A stretch of DNA of 64,000 nucleotides from Pseudogymnoascus verrucosus (GCA_001662655.1 KV460289.1); one strand, 5' to 3'. Positions 24,155 through 38,747 are shown, counted from the first letter of the stretch. Notes: generated from the sequence alone by a model not told the origin. Numbers and translations: made by a program.

Positions 24155-27100
24155 ATGGTGTCAGGCAATGGGGAGATCAGGATCGATGAGGCTCTGCATA
24201 CTATGAATGCTGGTGGTGTGAAGAATCGAACAGACGGTGTCACAGGTACGTCGGTTTTTGTGTCTAATTATGTACTATACTGACTATCCAGACCTCATAA
24301 CGATTTTTAAGCACAATCGACAAACATCCTCTCTGTATGGAACACATCAACTCTGGTGCCTATAGTTTCAAGGGCTAATACATGCTATAGGGAAGTCCTG
24401 AAAGATGGAGCCTACCACACGATCTATGAAGCGCTATTCAAAGTTGCCACTGAAGAGAAGCGATTGTACCTATCAGCCAAGAATGACAAGGCTCGAACAA
24501 AGGCAGAGAAAACACTTTCGAGTTGCTCTGAAGCTCTACGAATTACCATAAAATCAGGGGCTGAGAAACTGAAGCCTAGGACGGTTAGAGCAGTTATCGA
24601 GCACATTACCCAGCTTCTCCCTGTTGCATCGGGAGAATATTGCCTCGCCTTTAGCCAACAGTACCTCAAAGTCTTGAACATACTGTTGGGACACGAGGCC
24701 CATGTTGAGTTACTTGATCAGGATGATTGGCTTGCGACAGTTGAATTTTGCCTCGACGGTATTGAGCAATATGAGAGCAGCACTAGAGCAGCATCCGTAC
24801 CTCATGGAAACTCGATTACTGTCCCATTGTCGACCGGATCTTCAGTTTACACATCAAGATCGAGGTCATCAGTTAAGTCCGTGTCGGGTGAGGCACATCT
24901 TTCCTCTATCAAAAAGCGAAACTCCGAAGAGCTCATGGAATGTCTGTTGTCTCTCGTTTCTGCCCCCAATTCCGCAGTTTCTGAGAGAACCGAGCACATT
25001 TTAAAGGCTATTGTACACTTTTTAAATTCTCAGGGCAATGTCGTGAGCTCCTTTCATCAGATTGCATTTGCCGCCCTCAATGTTGTGCTCTCTGTCACGA
25101 GTGCCGATGAACTTTCTCTGGCAGAGTCAGTGGTTTGTTCAGTCGTACCCTGTATCAGCCGTTTGTGGTCTTCTAAGACAGCAGCAAATGATGAAATGCT
25201 TAATACAGCAAAGGACGAAATGGCAATAACGATATTGTTGCTTCGACTGCATCTAGAAAGGCTAGTTTCCGATCCCCTACGTGATGATGACCTGGGGAAT
25301 ATATTGAAAGACTTGCGAGACAGTTTAGCCAATGACTACGAAAAGCGTGCTGAAAGAGACCAGCTTCAGCTGGATGATATGGATTTTTCAATTGATCCAA
25401 GTGAAAATCGAATTTCCAGCTCGTTAAGTTGTGGATATCTGCGCCTCAGACAGCAAGCACCCCGTGCCGAAAGGAAATGGGCAGTGGTTCAAGTCCTCGC
25501 CATATTAGATAATCTTCTCCATGGGGCACCCTTAAGATCGAACCTCGTAGCTACTGACGATAATGAGAGTCCTGAAGGTGTCAGTCACCCAAGAAAACGG
25601 CGGCGTATCACTGAGCGTTTTGATGCTCTCGCCGACGAAATAAGGCTCGGCGACTCTGGCGTACAGCTGGTGGCCCTTCAGACTCTATTCTTTGCTCTAC
25701 CACCCAGTCAAGTCTCTCAGCATATCTTGGCAGACATTCTTCCTACATTGGCATCGTTGGTTCTCGATAGAAACATTAATATTAGCTGCTGGGCAATATT
25801 ATGCATATCCAGGTAAGCTTGTTTCTTTTGGGCCTGGTAACATTTCTGACGGTCCCTAGTTGTGCCCACCAAAGCGCTACAGAATCTAGCACTGGTGGCT
25901 TCAGCTGGAAACAGCTATGGCACACAGTCAGTAGATTGGTCACAAGCCGAGCCCTGTGTCGACCAGCGTGCTACTTATTGCATACTATTCTTGCAAAGAA
26001 ACTTGTCGAATACAACGACGTAGTTGAATGGGCCACATCTATGCTGACAATGACTGAAATAAGTGCACCTGCATCAATCTGCGATTCGAGCTTAGCCTTA
26101 ATGGCCCATTTGGTCCACATGAGAAATACGGAGGGGTCAGGAGGAAGTGTAAACCCAAGCCAGAATGTTGTGCGATGGTTGTTCTCGAAGTGGAATCCAG
26201 GTACAGTTTGATCTATTAAATCTGCTATGACTTACTAAATAATTACAGCTGAAAAGGCTTTCGCGACTCGTTCGTCCATTGACATATACCCTGTCGATGT
26301 TTCCAACCTTCTCAGAACTATCTTTGATCTTCCTGGGCTCGCATTGTTTGCGAATGGTAACCAGCCCGGCGGAGCGATTAGCCAAGCTTGGCTTCGTCAC
26401 CGAGGAAATGAGAAGACCTTACGATTCTTGTTACTTTTAGATGACGAACCTAAGACCTCAACGGAATGCCCCAGATGCGCACCGACATCCCGACTTTACC
26501 AATGTGCACAGTTTAGTGATGCCCAGCTGCATGGTAATCCCATGAAGCGGCTTGTCTCTGACTTGCTCCTACCCAAGTTAGATGCGTTAGCTCAAGGATG
26601 GGAACAGCAAGAGGCTTCAGAAGCGATCGAGATTTCGTCGGATTCTATGCACTCTACTGTGTCTGCGTGCATTACCACATGCCTCATATTACCAATACTC
26701 GAAAATGCAGGTTCATCATCCATGCTTGATGATATCAAGCGCATCCTCGAGCGTCTCGAAACTATCATCACATCTGTAAATTCCCAGGTAGGTGTTAACA
26801 GGGTGGTTGTCGAAGCCATGCTGCAGGCCATCCGGCCGTATCTTCCTGCCATTAGCTCCGAAGAGATTTATCACATATACAAGACACTCCCACGGCTAGG
26901 AAACTTCATTGTATCATTTGCAGAAATATTTAAACTTTACAAGTTTCAGAAGGAAGATGGTTTTGCCACCGATGATATGGACCTGGATGATGTCTTTGAC
27001 ACCCAACAAAGCTGGACAAGATCTGAGAGATCCCAGAACGTCATTGAGCGTCGGGAAATGGCAATGAAACTTAGCCCAGCAACGTTTTTCAACAATACCT

Positions 27101-30100
27101 CCACGAAACTAATACTTGTTGCCAGTTTCTTTGAATGCGAAACAGAAACGCTCTACGTCCCAACAAATTTCATGGATTACCTTCTCAACCTACCACCAAT
27201 GGATATTGTGTCTTGTACCGAGCTTATTTCCGAAATTCTACACAGCGATTTGTCGTTGACCTCGGACGATGCTTTGAGAATAGTACAATGCGCGGGTGGC
27301 CTTTTATCCTCGCAATATTCATGTTGCGAAGTCACACTTAGACTTTGTATCGATACTATGGAGGGACTACTTCCATCATGGGCAAACTCTGAGAGCGGAG
27401 ACTTGGGGGAAATGGTGCAACAGCTTTATGGATGGCTCGTCGGCACTGTAATTTCGAAACGAAGAACTTCCCCCTATGTTCAAATTTGCTTCTCCAAACT
27501 TCTATTTCAACTTATCAGAATCCAGCCAACATATGGGGACGATCAATCTCTGCCTTCCGTAAGGTCAAGTCTTTTTGATATCCTTCAGAAAGCTCCCATT
27601 CTTGTCAAGTTTAACTTGGCCCAAAATATTCCGGATATTTTTGGCTTATTCGTTTTGAAAAACCACCTGCGAATACTCAATGATCTGTTGGACAGCTTGC
27701 CTACGGATTTGGACTGGTGTGAGGGAAATGCTTTCCGTCTCTATATTCTCAGCAGGTTAGCATCACGTTGGCCGACACTGCTTCGAATATGCGCCTACTA
27801 TATTCTTGAGGTGTCCGGAAGAGTGCCTGCCTCTATCCCATACGCCAAGAGGTGTCTATTGGAAGTTTCCGAGACGCTGGGGCTCAGCAGTGCCAGAGAT
27901 TTATTTCAGCTGTTTAACTCCCAGCTCCTTTTTACCTGGCTTGATACAGAACCGTTTGAAAGTTTGCCGCATAGTATCTTCGGGTACAATACCCTTCACG
28001 ATCTTCTCCGGGATAGCCAAGAAGAAATATCGGCACTCATGGTCATGAGAGACCGAGACGACGAAGTAAAAAGTCTAGCAGAATTGCTCGAGGAGCCAGT
28101 CGAACAAATCTTGACGAAATCTTTTACGAAGGTTATTGCGTACAGCGTTGCTCACGATATAAGCATTCCTCCTTCCGACACGTCAGGAAAATATATTACG
28201 GGAGAAGCACGAGTACGAAAGCAGCTTGGAAAAAATGTCTTTCTTGATCTCATGAAAACGCATTTTGCAGACATCATCAGTTTACTGTTCAAATTAATTG
28301 ACCATGAACAAGACCTTGAGAAATCCTTTATGAAAGAAGGCGCACTCCAAGTACCAGCCAGCATATTAACCGAGATAAAGGGGTTCAGCTCGTCGGGTAT
28401 AACGTTGCCCCCCAGCCAGCAGCCAACATTCAAGGCCAAATACTTGACAAGAGAAATCAATCATGTCTGTGGGAGAACTCCCTACGAGCCCTCTGATATT
28501 TTTACGCCAGTCATGGTCGCGTTCGTAGCAAGAAAGCTTCTGGACACCATGAATCCGGCACTTGGCTCTCTCCACGCATGCTCAGTACTTCGGAGGCTTC
28601 GTGTCCTTATTGGACTTGCGGGTCCGAATGCCGTCAGCGGTTATCCCCTCGAGATGATATTGCATAACCTCAGGCCTCTATTAGCAGATGTTGAGTGTGC
28701 TGATGATGCTATTGGAATAGCTCAGTATCTTTTCACACGCGGATCTGAATATTTGAGCACCGTGCCCTCATTTATCATAACCATCGCACTGTCAATGTTT
28801 GGGACTTTGAAGGTATTCTTAAGTTCGAGCCCTTCCAGCACTACACAAGAAAGCCAATATAGAGAAACTCTTTCGAAAGCGGAGTCGTTCCACTCATGGC
28901 TTGGCATATATCTGAAAAATTACAAGGCTATTGGTTTGGACCGCAGGGACCAAGACGCGTTTCGAGCCATGGTGGAATCTGCCCATGGATTAAGTGCCTC
29001 CGATTCGACCGATATGGGCACTACGGGTGGAGATTTGCTTATGGACATCCTGAGAGATAAGCGCTCTCGTAGAAATCTTTTGAGCAAGTCGACTTGCGAG
29101 GTTGTATTTTCTCTTCTATACAGCGAGTTTGCAGCGCCAGCGTCGTTCAGGACAGATCACCTTGGTCAGGACGACCGCGCAGTAAGATATGCCCCTACTG
29201 TGTGGGAGCTTTGCAAGACTGGGTCCACGAGCAGTTCGTTTCTCACCTGGGCTGGTAGAGTGTTTGGCAGAGCATTCGCTGCCACAGGGCATATCGAGTT
29301 GTCATTATTAAAGGAGACAGATTTACACGAGATACTTGATCCCGTTGAAATAGATGCATCCAACAAGCCGTCATCTAGGAGTTCAATCTTGGGACTGGTC
29401 AAGAACTTGACAGTCGTAGATCATGGAAGTGTCACAGGAGTGGCCGAGGCTGCTCTTCGAATTATCGTCAGCGGCATTACTAGTCAGCCGAACAACGCTG
29501 ACAACACAGCATGCTCAATACCATTATCGGCATCTCTAATTCAATGCTCGACTTGGTCGCCATATAATGTCTCTCCAGCCGATATGCTCGCGTTTCAAAC
29601 TCCAGCTCCAAAGGATCCATTTTCTCCTGGGTATATTGAAGACCCTGCATGCATACGGGACCTCTCTATCTTTCTCGTTCAATCTGTACCATCCGATTCT
29701 GTCATTCATCCAATCCAACAACTCCTGGTTGATGCCGCTGGGTTTGCAGAGAAATGTTTCCCTTTCATTCTTCACATCGTATTATCCCAACAATTAGACG
29801 AATCTCAGAATACGAAGCGTCTTCTGTCGACCGCTCTTCGCTCGTGGTTTGGCAATGGCAAGGATATCGTCAAGGAGCGACTCAAACTTCTGATCAATGC
29901 AATATTATACTTGAGAACACAAGCTCTCCCTCGAGAAACTTCAATAGCAGATCGCTCTCAGTGGCTTGATATCGACTATCGCCAAGCATCTCAGGCAGCC
30001 GTGAACTGCGGCATGCTCAAAACGGCGTTGTTGTTCACGGAATTATCATCGTCTGAGTTGGTCAAGGCGTCACGTCGATCCTCCTCAGTGAAGCAGCCTG

Positions 30101-33100
30101 ACTCGGAAATATTATTTTCAATATTCAAGAACCTTGACGATCCCGACATATTTTACGGGCTGCAACGTACTGCCACTTTAGAAACAATATCAGCTCGTAT
30201 GGAGTATGAAAAGGATGGCCTTAAGACCTTAATGTTTCGAGGGGCAGAGTACGACACTCAAATGCGGAAAGGAGGGCTGGCATCTACTTCAGAGGCTCAG
30301 AGCTTGGTCGGTGCCCTCAGTATGTTGGATTTAGATGGACTATCGCATTCATTACTCCAGTCTCAACAAACGGCTGTTGTTATGAATGAGCCTGCAATAC
30401 AGAATATGTTTCGAACTGCTCGCAAACTAGAGCAATGGGATCTCCCCATTCCAGATTCCTACGATGGCGGTTCTATTACGATATACAAGACATTTCAAGC
30501 ATTAAACAATGCTGTTGATCGTGTATCGGCGCATGTTGCTGTCGACACGGGGATTAAGTCTGCCATGTCAAGTTTGATTCAGGTTCAAGGAGATGCTGCG
30601 TCGATACATACATCCCTCCAAGCGCTGTCTATTTTTACAGAAATGGATGAAGTGCTAAGCTCATCCAACTCCGAACAGTTTGAAGAGATGCTCGAAAGGT
30701 TTGAAAGCCGATCTAGGTGGATGAAGACTGGAAAGTAAGCTTTGTGGGAACCCCACAAACGTTGGTTCTCTGTAATTCTAACCAGATATAGGTTCGAAGA
30801 TGTAAGCCAAATAATTTCCAGCAGACAAACCCTTTTAAGCTGCGTAAATCAGCAGTCATCACTACGGAAGATGATCAATGTCAGCGCCTCCGATACGCGT
30901 CTTGTTGAGGCCCGGTCGTCATTATTATCATCGAGTATTCACAGATCCCACGGTGCCCTCCAGGAGTCACTCACCTCAGCAACTTATTTGAATAGTATAA
31001 CTGGGTCTTGCCGAGACCTCGGATTAAACATTGAAGCTGCCGCATATTTTGAAGTTGCAAATGCAATGTGGGACCAAGGAGAGATGGCCTCGTCAATTGG
31101 TATGCTGCAGGAACTCGAGCAGCTCTCAAATTTGAAAGAACAAACGATTCCTATCGGAAAATCAAAGATTCTCGCCAAAATCGCATCTCAGGTGTCCATG
31201 GCAAAATTGGAGAAACCGGACCGCATCATCGAGAAATATCTGTCCCCTGCTCTTGCGGAGTTGAAGGGTAAGACGGACGGCAGTGACGCTGGGCAAGTTT
31301 ATCACGAATTCGCAGTTTTCTGTGACAGACAGTATCAAGATCCCGACAGTATTGAAGACCTTGAACGTCTGAGGACGCTGAAAGAAATGAAAGAAATGGA
31401 AGTTGAGACTCTTCTCAAGTTGTCTAAAGAGGCTACGTCGGGCCAGAAGCAGAGAAACCATAGGGCATACAACCAAGCTAAGCAGTGGCTTGCATTGGAC
31501 ACCGAGGAGTACGAGCGGCTGAATGATGGAAGAGGGCAGCTACTCCGTCGTAGCCTGGAGAACTACCTATTATCTTTGGCTGCCTGGGATGACCACAATA
31601 ACGACGCTCTCCGGTTCACAGCATTATGGCTAGAACACTCTGACGAAGAAGTTGTATCAGAGTCCGTTTCAAAGTATCTCTCTAATGTTGCTACTATGAA
31701 GTTTGCATCGTTGGCCAATCAACTTACATCACGCCTACTTGATACCAAGGATAAATTTCAGGTGCAACTACTCAACTTAGTTCTGAATATATGTAAGGAT
31801 CATCCTCACCATGGGATGTATCAGATTTGGGCAGGCACGAATAGCAATCCAAGCGCAAATGATGAAACAGCCTTATCGAGGCAAAAGGCAACGAAAGAGG
31901 TTGCTCTCAAGTTGAGCAAGAGCGCCAGATCCGGTGGTACTTGGTCGGCCATAGATCGAATAAGCCACCAGTACTGCCATTTTGCCAGTGAGCGAGAGAA
32001 GGTCAAGAGTGGTTCAAAGATAAGCTTGAGAAATTCACCAGCGGGCAGCGCGTTGAATGCCATGCTGCCAAAGAACCCGCTTCCTCCACCAACTCTACAA
32101 ATTGAACTTGCAACGGATAAAAATTATTCTCGATTGCCTACCATGATCAGCGTCGACCCCAGCTTTTCTATCGCAAGCGGCATAAGTGCTCCAAAGATTG
32201 TTACATTACTGGCCAGTAATGGAAAGAGATACAGACAATTGGTAGGGTTTCTTTCTCCTTATTTTATACTCGGAGTGTTTGCTAATACATCGTAGGTTAA
32301 GGGTGGTGCTGACGATCTCCGGCAAGATGCAATCATGGAACAGGTCTTTGCACAAGTCAGCGAACTCTTAAAAGAGAATTCAGCCACTCGCCAACGCAAT
32401 TTGGGGATTAGAACGTACAAGGTATTACCGCTCAGCTCTACAGCAGGCATTATTGAGTTTGTCCCGAACACTATGCCACTTCACGAATTCCTCATGCCTG
32501 CCCACGAAAGGTTTTATCCAAAGGATCTTAGAAGTCAACAGTGCCGCAGCGAAATTCAGAGTGTCCAGACGCAAAAACTCGATGTGAGAGTGAAGAAGTA
32601 TCTCGCCGTCACAGAGAAGTTCCATCCTGTTCTGAGGTACTTTCATTTGGAGAAGTTCACGGATCCCGATGAATGGTTCGCCAGAAGGTTAGCATACACA
32701 CGCTCTACGGCTGCCATCTCAATTCTTGGCTATGTTCTCGGCCTCGGTGACCGCCATGGCCATAACATTCTTTTGGATGAGAAGACCGGCGAAGTCGTTC
32801 ACATCGACTTGGGTGTGGCTTTCGAAATGGGTCGTGTCCTTCCGGTTCCTGAGCTGGTCCCGTTTCGGTTGACTCGAGACATTGTGGATGGCATGGGGAT
32901 TTCGAAAACGGAGGGAGTTTACCGTCGCTGTTGCGAGTTCACGCTGGAGGCCTTGCGGAAAGAGGCAGATACGATCATGACTATCCTTGACGTTCTTCGC
33001 TACGATCCCCTATATACATGGTCGATCTCGCCTATCCGACTTGCGAAGTTACAGGATGCTCAGAGTGCAGCCCCCCCTATAAGCACTGCTAGCTCAACCG

Positions 33101-33336
33101 CTACGAATAACGGAAAGTCGAAAGGAGCAGTAAATGAACCCAGTGAGGCAGACAGAGCGCTTACTGTCGTCCGGAAGAAATTATCAAAGACCTTGAGTGT
33201 TACAGCTACTGTGAACGATCTAATTAACCAAGCCACCGATGAACGGAATCTAGCAGTCCTTTTTGCTGGTAAGTACATTCTTTCATTATGGGGGATAATT
33301 GCTAATTATTTATAAGGTTGGGCTGCATACGCATAA
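24155..33336 (+). CDS. TEL1: Tel1/ATM PIKK kinase; exons about 24155-24245, 24292-24334, 24391-25812, 25860-26200, 26249-30734, 30792-32241, 32296-33268, 33317-33336
   Basis: TAN-like N-terminus (YHTIYEALF), FAT repeats, [58 protein letters not shown]-stop. Confidence 0.96.
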
Positions 33337-33839
33337 TCGCAGGGGATGATTGATCTCTCAAGAAGGGGAAGCAAAATCGGAACGTAGAAAACTTGAGTCT
33401 AGCATTTTAGCTTTGCCATATACCACTGTTGCGTTTATCATAGAGATTTTGTATCAACTTCATGTTTGTGTAAATATGAAATCGACTACTTGTCATCAAT
33501 TTTAAATTTGCACCATTGTAATTCAGTAATGCAGTGTCACTTAATAATATCATTTACCACATAAATAAAACCATCTCTAGTCTCTTATTTTATTAATGTA
33601 TACAGATTTTTTTTTTGCAACAAGTATTCGATGATTGATACTAGAGTAAATCGAGAATTGTGGCATGAAGTGGTCTGGACCCCTATGAAATAGTGCCAGT
33701 TGCCACTAGCGGCTTCCAAGTTCTCGGTTTCAACCCGACGAGTGTCGATGGGGGCTATCAATCTCGTAAGCGTAAGCAACAAATAAGATAAAGAGCGCTG
33801 AGTTTCGCATTTTTCCATTGATAACCAATTTCTATAAAG

Positions 33840-35386
33840 ATGGGTTTAGGAATTATCACCGAATCTCAGCCGGTGAAGATGAAGCGTAATAATATTGTGG
33901 TATTTTCTGGCGGTAGCGCCGCAAATACCTTGGTGGATGTTTTTGGAAATGTGGCTCGTGAGAAGGGCTGCACGTTGAGCTAGTGAGATATAAATTTCGA
34001 AATGCGAACCGTTGCTAATGGATCTTTAGTATTATTCCCATCAGTGATAATGGCGGATCGTCGAGTGAACTGATTAGGGTGCTTGGGGGACCTGGGATTG
34101 GTGATGTGCGGAGTATGCTTCGATCCCTCGCCCCTACCTAGTTCAAGGCAGCAATCTAACAATGGACAGGTCGTCTCGTCCGACTAATCCCCGAAGATGT
34201 GGCTGGAAATGACCCGGAGAAGGCAGCCATGAAGACATTCTTCAACCATCGCCTCGCATCCACGCCGGAAGCAGCACGCGCAGAGTGGCTCGATATCGTT
34301 GAAGCCCGGCACGAGTTATGGACCTCCATCTCCTCCGAGAAAGAGGAATTAATCCGTTCCTTCCTTAACACCATTAACCTCGAGATTGTGAAGCGAGCTC
34401 GGCCCTCCTCGTTCTTCAACTTTCAGTCTGCTGCGGTGGGCAACCTCTTCCTCACCGGCGCCCGTCTGTTCACTGGTTCATTTGAATCGGCCATTTATCT
34501 TCTCGGATCCATCACGGGGGTTCCATCAAACGTATCCGTCATTCCCACTATTAATTCTAATTTCTCCCACCACATTTGCGCCGGCCTTAGAGATGGAACC
34601 TCGATTGTTGGGCAGAACTCCATCTCCCACCCCAGTCCTCTCCCGAACAATCTCCCAGGCGGAGAGGATGACATCGACGGGCCTATGTCACCGACGACCT
34701 TCCAACGGAAGACTTTCGAGGAACTCATTATGCATGACAGTGTCGAAGACGCTAATCTTCCGGGCTCCCTCCCGACCCTAAGGAAACAGTATATCGATTT
34801 CCACAAGTCTGATACGGAAGACCTACCCTCGAGGATCCGCAGGATATGGTACATCAACCCTTATGGGCAAGAAATACGACCGAGTCCGAACCCAAAGGCT
34901 CTTGCGGCCTTGGGAAACTCGCAAGCTGTGATTTACAGCATCGGTTCCCTATATACGTCTATCATCCCGTGCTTAATATTGAAGGACGTAGGAAACGCTA
35001 TTGCTGCCCCTGGCATTAAATCGAAGATTTTGATTCTCAATGGCTCAATAGATCGCGAGACTGGCCCAGAAACGAATCCATATTGCGCTCGAGATTTTAT
35101 TTGCGCCATCTCCAACGCGTGTGGAACATCCAGGGGCGATCTAAGCGTTGATGCCGCGTACATGAACAAATATGTCACGCACGTGATTCACCTCGAGGGT
35201 GAGGGGACACCAAAGGTTGATAAAGAAGAGCTGAAGAGTTTGGGTATTGAGACTTTCAGAGTGTATGGGAGGAAGAATCCAGAGGGTGGGATGCTGTACG
35301 ACGGGAAAGCGTTGACACAGGCACTTGAGTCGATATTGGGCAGGGAGGATAAGGGTGTTGCAAGGAGAAATACGTTACAGCATTAA
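33840..35386 (+). CDS. CofD/YvcK(GlmR)-like UPF0052 protein (yeast YNL011C-like); introns 33983-34029 and 34113-34169; start 33840 or 33879
   Basis: VVFSGGSAAN, IIPISDNGGSSSE, GPGIGDVRSRL, AVGNLFLTG, IYSIGSLYTSIIP, KILILN. Confidence 0.87.
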
Positions 35387-35722
35387 AAATAATGTACATT
35401 AAAGGATTCATTGGTATATATATATGATCATAAACTCTTCGTTGCGCTATCAGCTCTCATGAGGTATCTGAAAACCGAGCCATCACCATCTGCTAAGCTT
35501 GTCCTTCCGCTTTACCTCCAAACCGCGTGATGCCTGCCTAATAGTACATGGTATTGTGGGTGGAAATAATGTTCGTAGGAAAGTAGCTCCAAGTCCCGCA
35601 CCAACGCATCTAATAACCCGCCCATATGCTCCCACGCCCATCATGCCCCCATATCCATGTGCATGATCCGATACTGCCCCCAATCACCGCCCCGACACGC
35701 CGCCGTCATTTATATATTGTCA

Positions 35723-36669
35723 TTATCGTAACGCAGGCTTCTTTCCTTGCTTCTTTGTCATGAGTTTCATCGCCAGGTGGAACACGCCGGTCTTGGGCTG
35801 TTTCCCGTCCTTTTTCGGTGCTCCGATTGCTGTGCGGCAGACCGGGCACGATCTCTTACCAGTGCCGACGTTGAGAGCACCATGGAGGCACGAAGAGCAA
35901 AACATGTGTCCTACAATAGTTAGCATTGTCATGCAATAAAGATCACAAATAATGACTTACCACAATGAGTAATAGCCAGTTCCTCTGGCTGATCTAAACA
36001 GATCACGCACTGCGTCGTAGCAAGCTTCTGGGGTTTATTAAGCTCTGCTTGCCGTTGTTGCTTTATCAGGTCCTCCTGCCGCTTCTTCATGACTTCAGCG
36101 TAGCTGGTGTCGTCTTCCGCATCGATCAGGTCCAGTTCCTCCACCTTATCATCTGGTTTGCTTTTTTGGTGATCGTCCTTCACTGCCTCTAGACTGACCC
36201 CAGCGTCCTTCTTTCGCTTTGGCGTTCGGCCTTCACTGTCTACACTTGGTAGACGGCGCTTCTTGGGTGTTCTGGTTGTGGCGACAGGTGAGGTTTCGGT
36301 GAGGTCGACTATGCTGGATTCTCTCGTGCGGGTGGGAGTCTGTTGTGGAGGTGTATTATTATTCAAGAAGGCGTCGAAATCGAAGTCCTGAAGAACATCA
36401 TCCCCCCGTGGCGAGGGAGGTTCGTGTTGCGGCATTTGTGTGGTTAAGAACGTGTCTTGCCAGGACCTTCGTTGTCGGTCACCGCGGGGTTGTTGCGGTC
36501 TGGTCGCGTTGCTGGAGCCTAAGAGCATGGGCAGAGTGGGGGAGGCGTTTCTGGAAGACCGGCGGGATACATTGATCCATGGAGAGCGTGAGGTTGAGGT
36601 GCGACGGGGCTCCTCATCCTCTGGCGACGATACGAATAGTGATTGGCGGTTTGAAGACGGAGTGCCCAT
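35723..36669 (-). CDS. C3HC4 RING protein with SUMO-interacting motifs (Slx8/Rfp/RNF4-like STUbL); intron 35960-35911
   Basis: Spliced RING CVICLD..ITHCGHMFCSSCL..CPVCR at the C-terminus; SIM-like SIVDLTE and VEELDLID in the disordered N-terminus. Confidence 0.8.
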
Positions 36670-37959
36670 GGCGAGACTGTGATGCGACCTGGAAGGATCC
36701 AACAGACCACAGTCGTAGATGCCTGTTGAGGAATAAGAGTTTGTCCCCAGCCCTTCGGTCTTCTTCACAGACAAAGAGGTGTGCTGGGGCTGAAATTCAC
36801 AGCCATAAGAAGGCAGTTACGTGTATCTAAGAGGGAGAGATTATGTGTATGGCTTCAATACCTAAACGCCGCCTCGGGACGGTTGGATGTCCGCAGTGGC
36901 GACCGTGGTGACCATAGCGCTAGTCTTCCGCAGAACCTTTATCGGACGTCGGCGCAGCAGGTCAGCTGACTCGCCGTACCAAACTTCGGTAGGTTCGGCC
37001 GCTCTGCACCCGGAAACGGAAAATCCTTTTCGGTTTCTCTCAATATCAACTCCACCCAAAATAGCTAGAATATGGATGAAAGGAGTTAAATCGATGAACG
37101 ATAAGATAACATTTGATTCAGTTATATATGGCAGCCTCTACAGTATGATCGCGTGCTCTGTGCCTCAGAGAAAGAACGATCCAGCTCCTTCTGGATCGCA
37201 CTGACCCACAGGATATCACCAACGCCACTCTAATCATCCAATGAACTAGGCCATTTTATCACCTTTTTATTAGAGCAGTTATATTGGACAACCGATTTAT
37301 ATTTATTCGATCGAAACACAAAAAGACGTCATTAATCTCAGAAACGCTACGGCCCAAGATAGCCAAGCCTAGAATCGTTCGCATCTTACCTAACCCATTA
37401 CCTAACCACGTGACACGGCGAAGCACCGCGACCATCTCAAGACCCTTGGCTAAGGCGTATTCGTGCTTTTGTGTCTCCGTTTTAGGGAATTCGCTTTCTT
37501 CAATATCAAGATCAAAGGACATAAGGCGATATTGGCAGTCTACTAAAAGCAAGGTCATCAACTATGGCACTTACGCTCGTGTTTGATGGCATTTTGAGAT
37601 GTTATGTAGGTCAGATCTGTTGCTGAACAACGCCGAGAAGTTGCTTCCAATTTATATAAAAAAGCACGCCGAACTATTCAGCCAAGTAAGTTGATCTCTA
37701 CGGCCAAGCTACTTGGTGTTGATTACCAAGCCCTATGGATGAATCATTCGCCATCCGTCCCTGCCATGCTTTATTTATTTTATATTTCCTACGCCTATAT
37801 ATAGGTCGTTCCCCAAGTTATGCCTTGGCTTTTGAATACTTCTAATCTACTGTCATTAAACTACATCGAGTGATACACACAAAACCAAACCTCACTAGTA
37901 CACTCCATTGAGTGCGTTATAAAAACAAATTTTCCAGTACACACACATAAACCGTCACA

Positions 37960-38747
37960 ATGGCGCGTAGGCCAGCGCGGTGCTACCGCTACTGCAAGAA
38001 TAAAGTAAGTGCTTCCTATTCCGATGCTTTATCAGAATACTAACCGTCCTAGCCCTTCCCAAAATCCAGACACAACCGCGGAGTTGCCGACCCAAAAATT
38101 CGCATCTTCGACAGCGGCCGCAAGAAGGCATCCGCTGATGACTTCCCTCTCTGCATCCACGTCGTCTCTCTGGAGCGCGAGCAAATTTCCTCCGAGGCCC
38201 TAGAGGCTGCCCGTATTCAAGCCAACAAGTACGTCTCTCTTCCTACTCCATCAGTTTATACAACCACTAACATATAAATAGATACATGGTCAAGAACTCC
38301 GGCAAGGAGACCTTCCACCTTCGCATTCGCACACACCCTTACCACGTCATCCGTATGAACAAGATGTTGTCTTGTGCTGGTGCAGATCGTCTGCAGCAGG
38401 GTATGCGTGGCGCCTGGGGTAAACCCGCCGGTATCGTTGCTCGCGTTAGAGTCAACCAGATTCTGATTTCGATGAGAACGATTGATCGTTGCGAGCTCCA
38501 GGCCAAGACGGCGCTGAAGAGAGCCATGTACAAGTTCCCCGGTCAGCAGAAGGTGGTCGTCAGCAGGAACTGGGGATTCACGAAGGTTAAGAGGGAGGAC
38601 TATCAGAGAATGAGGGAGACCGACCAGCTGAGACTTGACGGTGCTGGTGTGCAGTTCCTTGAGAAGAAGGGAAGGATAGAAGACCAGATCAAGAACTTTC
38701 CAGCTGCATTTGCAGATGGGATTGGTGTGGAGCAGCTGGCGATCTGA
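37960..38747 (+). CDS. RPL10: 60S ribosomal protein uL16/Rpl10, divergent, 228 aa; exons 37960-38004, 38053-38228, 38282-38747
   Basis: [62 protein letters not shown]. Confidence 0.95.

Noticed and set aside
37259..37592. Possible small minus-strand gene or remnant between the RING gene and RPL10
   Set aside because: No recognisable motif and no convincing splice model
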